This document shows, piece by piece, positions 61,154 to 64,000 of a DNA stretch of 64,000 bases. The translations under genes were made by a program, and so were the position numbers. How positions within the stretch are numbered: position 1 is the stretch's first letter; each line of letters begins with the position of its first letter. Source of the stretch: an uncultured Chroococcidiopsis sp. (GTDB lineage Bacteria > Cyanobacteriota > Cyanobacteriia > Cyanobacteriales > Chroococcidiopsidaceae); the NCBI GenBank assembly GCA_964248365.1, contig CAXTYC010000012.1, positions 30,132 to 94,131 on the forward strand, in the 5' to 3' direction. The notes below the pieces were generated by a model. The model saw only the letters and a program-made list of their open reading frames with translations, was not told the origin of the DNA and did not search any database.

Positions 61154-63937
61154 TCACTGCGGATAATTTTCAGCTAAAAATTTCTCAGCTTGGGCGCGAT
61201 CGCTAATTATCCCATCCAGTTTTGCCGCCAACAGATGCTCTAAAATTTGCTTATACAGTGGTCCTGGTTTATATCCCAGTTTCTTCAGGTCATTACCATT
61301 CAATGGCGGTTGAACATTAGCCCAAATCGTCAAATATCGCCAAATCTGAGAACGGATGGAACGGGGACTTTGCAGAGCAATCAAAATCAACATGGGCAAG
61401 TCGTATTGACGCAACACCTGCACCACTTGACTTGGCTTATGAAACGAAGGTAATAATGATACCACATGAGTGCTTGAACAGTCAAGAGTGCACAACCGCT
61501 TGATACTATCATCCGGAAGCTGTAGATTTTCTGCTACCTTACCCCGATATTCTGGTGCTAAATGACCAATAATCACCTCTAACCGCAGCAACCAGGGAGG
61601 AGTGGCGAGTAAATTCTGACTACTGGCTTCTGTCTCCTGACTTCTATCTCCTTGCCAAAGCCGTAAACAACGCTCTAGTAAACGTAGCTGTCGCCAGAGA
61701 TTTTGATCTAAATCTAGGGTGGGATGGATGCACTGGAGTGCGCCTAAGTCTGCTAGGAGGCGCAAAGCTGCTTTCCAGTAAGGCGCTTGCAGTATGTATT
61801 TTAGTTCACTTTTGAGGCGAGTTTGAAGTGCTGGAGCTTTGCTATTTTCTGCCCCAGTGCGATCGTAAACTCCACTATTGATCGCATAGCGGATATACTG
61901 TTCTGTTTGAGGTGCGATCGCAAACCCCAGGCGCACAGCAAACCGAACAGCGCGATAAATTCGTGTGGGATCTTCGATAAAGCTATTGGCGTGTAAAACC
62001 CGAATTTGTTTAGCTTGTAAGTCCAGTAAACCGCCAAAGAAATCTAACATTTCTCCCGCTCGTGGCTTCGTTAGCCGCACCGCTAGGGCATTAATGGTAA
62101 AATCTCGTCGATAGAGGTCTTGGCGAATTGAGCTAGCTTCAACTTCAGGGTTAGCAGCTGGATAAGGATAAAATTCTGTCCGAGCAGTGGCAATATCTAC
62201 CCAAAGAGAGTTGAAATCTGGGTCTTTATGCCACAAAAGAGCGGCTGTTTGAAAAGCGCCATGAATTTCTAACCTTGCTTCTGGGTAGCTTTGCTGTAAG
62301 GATCTGGCTAGTTCCACTCCCGCGCCAACATCGGCTGAGGCATGAAAGCCATCTACTACTAAGTCAATATCTTGAAGAATCAGCGGTTGCTCGCCTCGAT
62401 CTTTTGCCAGCAGCAAGTCTCGCACTCCTCCCCCAACTAGATAAAGATGCCAGCCTCTTTGTTCGGCTTGGGATGAGGCTTGGGAAAGTAATTCCCAAAA
62501 GGGCTTTGCGAGGCGATCGCGCAGTAGAGTAAGGGGTGAGAGGTGAGGGGTGAGGGGTGACGGAACAAGAGTTTTCCTCCTGACTCCTGACTCCTGACTC
62601 CTGTCTTCTGACTCCTGACTCCTGACTTGTGATTGATGCAATTCCCTTAGCACATCGGTGCGAGCTACAATTCCAACTAACTGCCCCCGCTCCAAAACTG
62701 GTATGCGACCGATATCATATGTCACCATCAGCGACTGAATTTCTGGCAAGGTCGTCTCCGGGGTAATTGTCTTGACATTTGTTGTCATGTAACCCTTTAC
62801 GGGTGCGTGGCTAAAACCGTGATGCAGGGCAATATCAATATCTCGTCGAGAAATAATACCCACTAATTGTCCAGTCGCATCGACTACAGACAAGCCAGAG
62901 TGACCATAACGTAAAAGAATGCGCTGTGCTTCCTCAATTGTAGTTTCAGGGCGAATTGTGCGGACTGGGGATGACATTAAATCTCTGGCGGTTGGCGGTT
63001 GGGGAATACTCGCTTTAAGTTGGTCAACTAGTTGTTGTAAGGTGGCATCCGCATCTACATGGCGTAGAGATACAGATGCAGCCATTGAATGTCCCCCACC
63101 ACCAAGCGATTGGAACAATTGATTCAAATCGGTTTTGGGAATTTGCGATCGCCCAATTATAGTTAAGCGTTCATCTCCTGTTTCCCCTAGCGGATATCTA
63201 GCTGCCAATAGCAGTGCATCACTTTCTGTTAACTCAATTAACCGTGAGGTAAGAGTAGATAAACCTGACACATAGCCGTCTGTAACGAGCAATACCTGGG
63301 AAACTTTGTAACCGCGTAAACTTTCCGATTGTAGGTTATCCAGTGCCTGTGATAATAGATCCTGTAATTGGGGAGAGAAACCAGGGTCAACATACTGGGC
63401 AATTACACGCAAGCTTGCTCCTTGCTGCATTAGCCACGCCAAGGCTAAGGCATCTCTTACTGTTGAGGATTCAAATGTTAAAGAACCCGTATCAACATGA
63501 ATTCCCAGCGCCATTACCGTTGCTTCGGCTGGAGTGAGATTAACTTGCAATTGTTGCAATTGCTCGACAATCAAAGTGGTGGTAGCGCCAACAGCGGCAA
63601 TGTGAGTTTGAGTAGCTGGGATATCGCTAGCTATATTTAAGTGATGGTCATAAACGATAATTTTCTCTACTTGGGGTAAATCTAACCACTGCGCTGCTCC
63701 ATCCAAGCGATCGCGCTTTTGCGTATCTACCACAGCCAACGTGCGAATTTGTTCCCAGTTAACAGCCCTTCTTTCAATCAGTGCATACTCATCCCGATGC
63801 AAAGCCAAAAAATCCTTAACAGCCGGATGGGAACCACCACTTAGCACAATATGCGCTCCAGGTAACAGCCGTGTCAACCCTACTGCTGCGCCCAGTGAGT
63901 CAAAATCTGCGGTTGTATGACACAATATTAAATCCAT
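61154..63937 (-). CDS. DHH/CBS-domain tRNA nucleotidyltransferase (class II, probably A-adding type)
   Basis: DHH domain, CBS pair, [34 protein letters not shown]. Confidence 0.9.
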   Translation of the reverse strand: MDLILCHTTADFDSLGAAVGLTRLLPGAHIVLSGGSHPAVKDFLALHRDEYALIERRAVNWEQIRTLAVVDTQKRDRLDGAAQWLDLPQVEKIIVYDHHLNIASDIPATQTHIAAVGATTTLIVEQLQQLQVNLTPAEATVMALGIHVDTGSLTFESSTVRDALALAWLMQQGASLRVIAQYVDPGFSPQLQDLLSQALDNLQSESLRGYKVSQVLLVTDGYVSGLSTLTSRLIELTESDALLLAARYPLGETGDERLTIIGRSQIPKTDLNQLFQSLGGGGHSMAASVSLRHVDADATLQQLVDQLKASIPQPPTARDLMSSPVRTIRPETTIEEAQRILLRYGHSGLSVVDATGQLVGIISRRDIDIALHHGFSHAPVKGYMTTNVKTITPETTLPEIQSLMVTYDIGRIPVLERGQLVGIVARTDVLRELHQSQVRSQESEDRSQESGVRRKTLVPSPLTPHLSPLTLLRDRLAKPFWELLSQASSQAEQRGWHLYLVGGGVRDLLLAKDRGEQPLILQDIDLVVDGFHASADVGAGVELARSLQQSYPEARLEIHGAFQTAALLWHKDPDFNSLWVDIATARTEFYPYPAANPEVEASSIRQDLYRRDFTINALAVRLTKPRAGEMLDFFGGLLDLQAKQIRVLHANSFIEDPTRIYRAVRFAVRLGFAIAPQTEQYIRYAINSGVYDRTGAENSKAPALQTRLKSELKYILQAPYWKAALRLLADLGALQCIHPTLDLDQNLWRQLRLLERCLRLWQGDRSQETEASSQNLLATPPWLLRLEVIIGHLAPEYRGKVAENLQLPDDSIKRLCTLDCSSTHVVSLLPSFHKPSQVVQVLRQYDLPMLILIALQSPRSIRSQIWRYLTIWANVQPPLNGNDLKKLGYKPGPLYKQILEHLLAAKLDGIISDRAQAEKFLAENYPQ

Positions 63938-63938
63938 C

Positions 63939-64000
63939 GGTCATTGGTCATTGGTCATTGGTCATTGGTCATTGGTCATTGGTCATTGGTCATTGGTCAT
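63939..64000. repeat. STRR tract (GGTCATT)n
   Basis: About 9 tandem heptamers running to the window end. Confidence 0.95.

Overview
Cyanobacterial chromosomal window. The HIP1 octamer GCGATCGC is very frequent, heptameric STRR tracts fill many intergenic spacers, and psbX, ycf66, flv1/flv3 and a phycobiliprotein lyase are present. Most of it is core genome: holA, cobH-cbiET, cyAbrB, sdhB, pdxH, argB, the rplS-tRNA-Trp-secE-nusG-rplK-rplA-rplJ-rplL cluster, desB, coaX, wza-like, folB, nusB, ftsY, argH and a CBS-domain tRNA nucleotidyltransferase. An accessory block of about 14 kb (13.3-27.5 kb) follows argB and holds three modules. (1) An apparently intact RiPP locus: HlyD, a 60-aa double-glycine precursor with a Ser/Cys/Lys-rich core, an APH-family kinase, a HopA1-like lyase and a C39-peptidase ABC exporter. 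It has no cyclase or decarboxylase. A cryptic second copy of the precursor's 5' leader lies on the opposite strand. (2) A four-gene module: MoxR-type AAA+ ATPase (frameshifted), an unknown protein, a zincin-vWA protein (DUF2201-like) and a His-rich DUF6915-like protein. (3) Two HIP1-bounded tandem cassettes, each with a 69-aa ribbon-helix-helix-like gene, ahead of a SWIM-finger gene. Elsewhere there are several families of small dispersed palindromic repeats (some inserted in-frame in core enzymes), a decayed IS1, a decayed acyltransferase and a kinase with a single nonsense codon. All family assignments come from motif recognition by eye; no database search was run.
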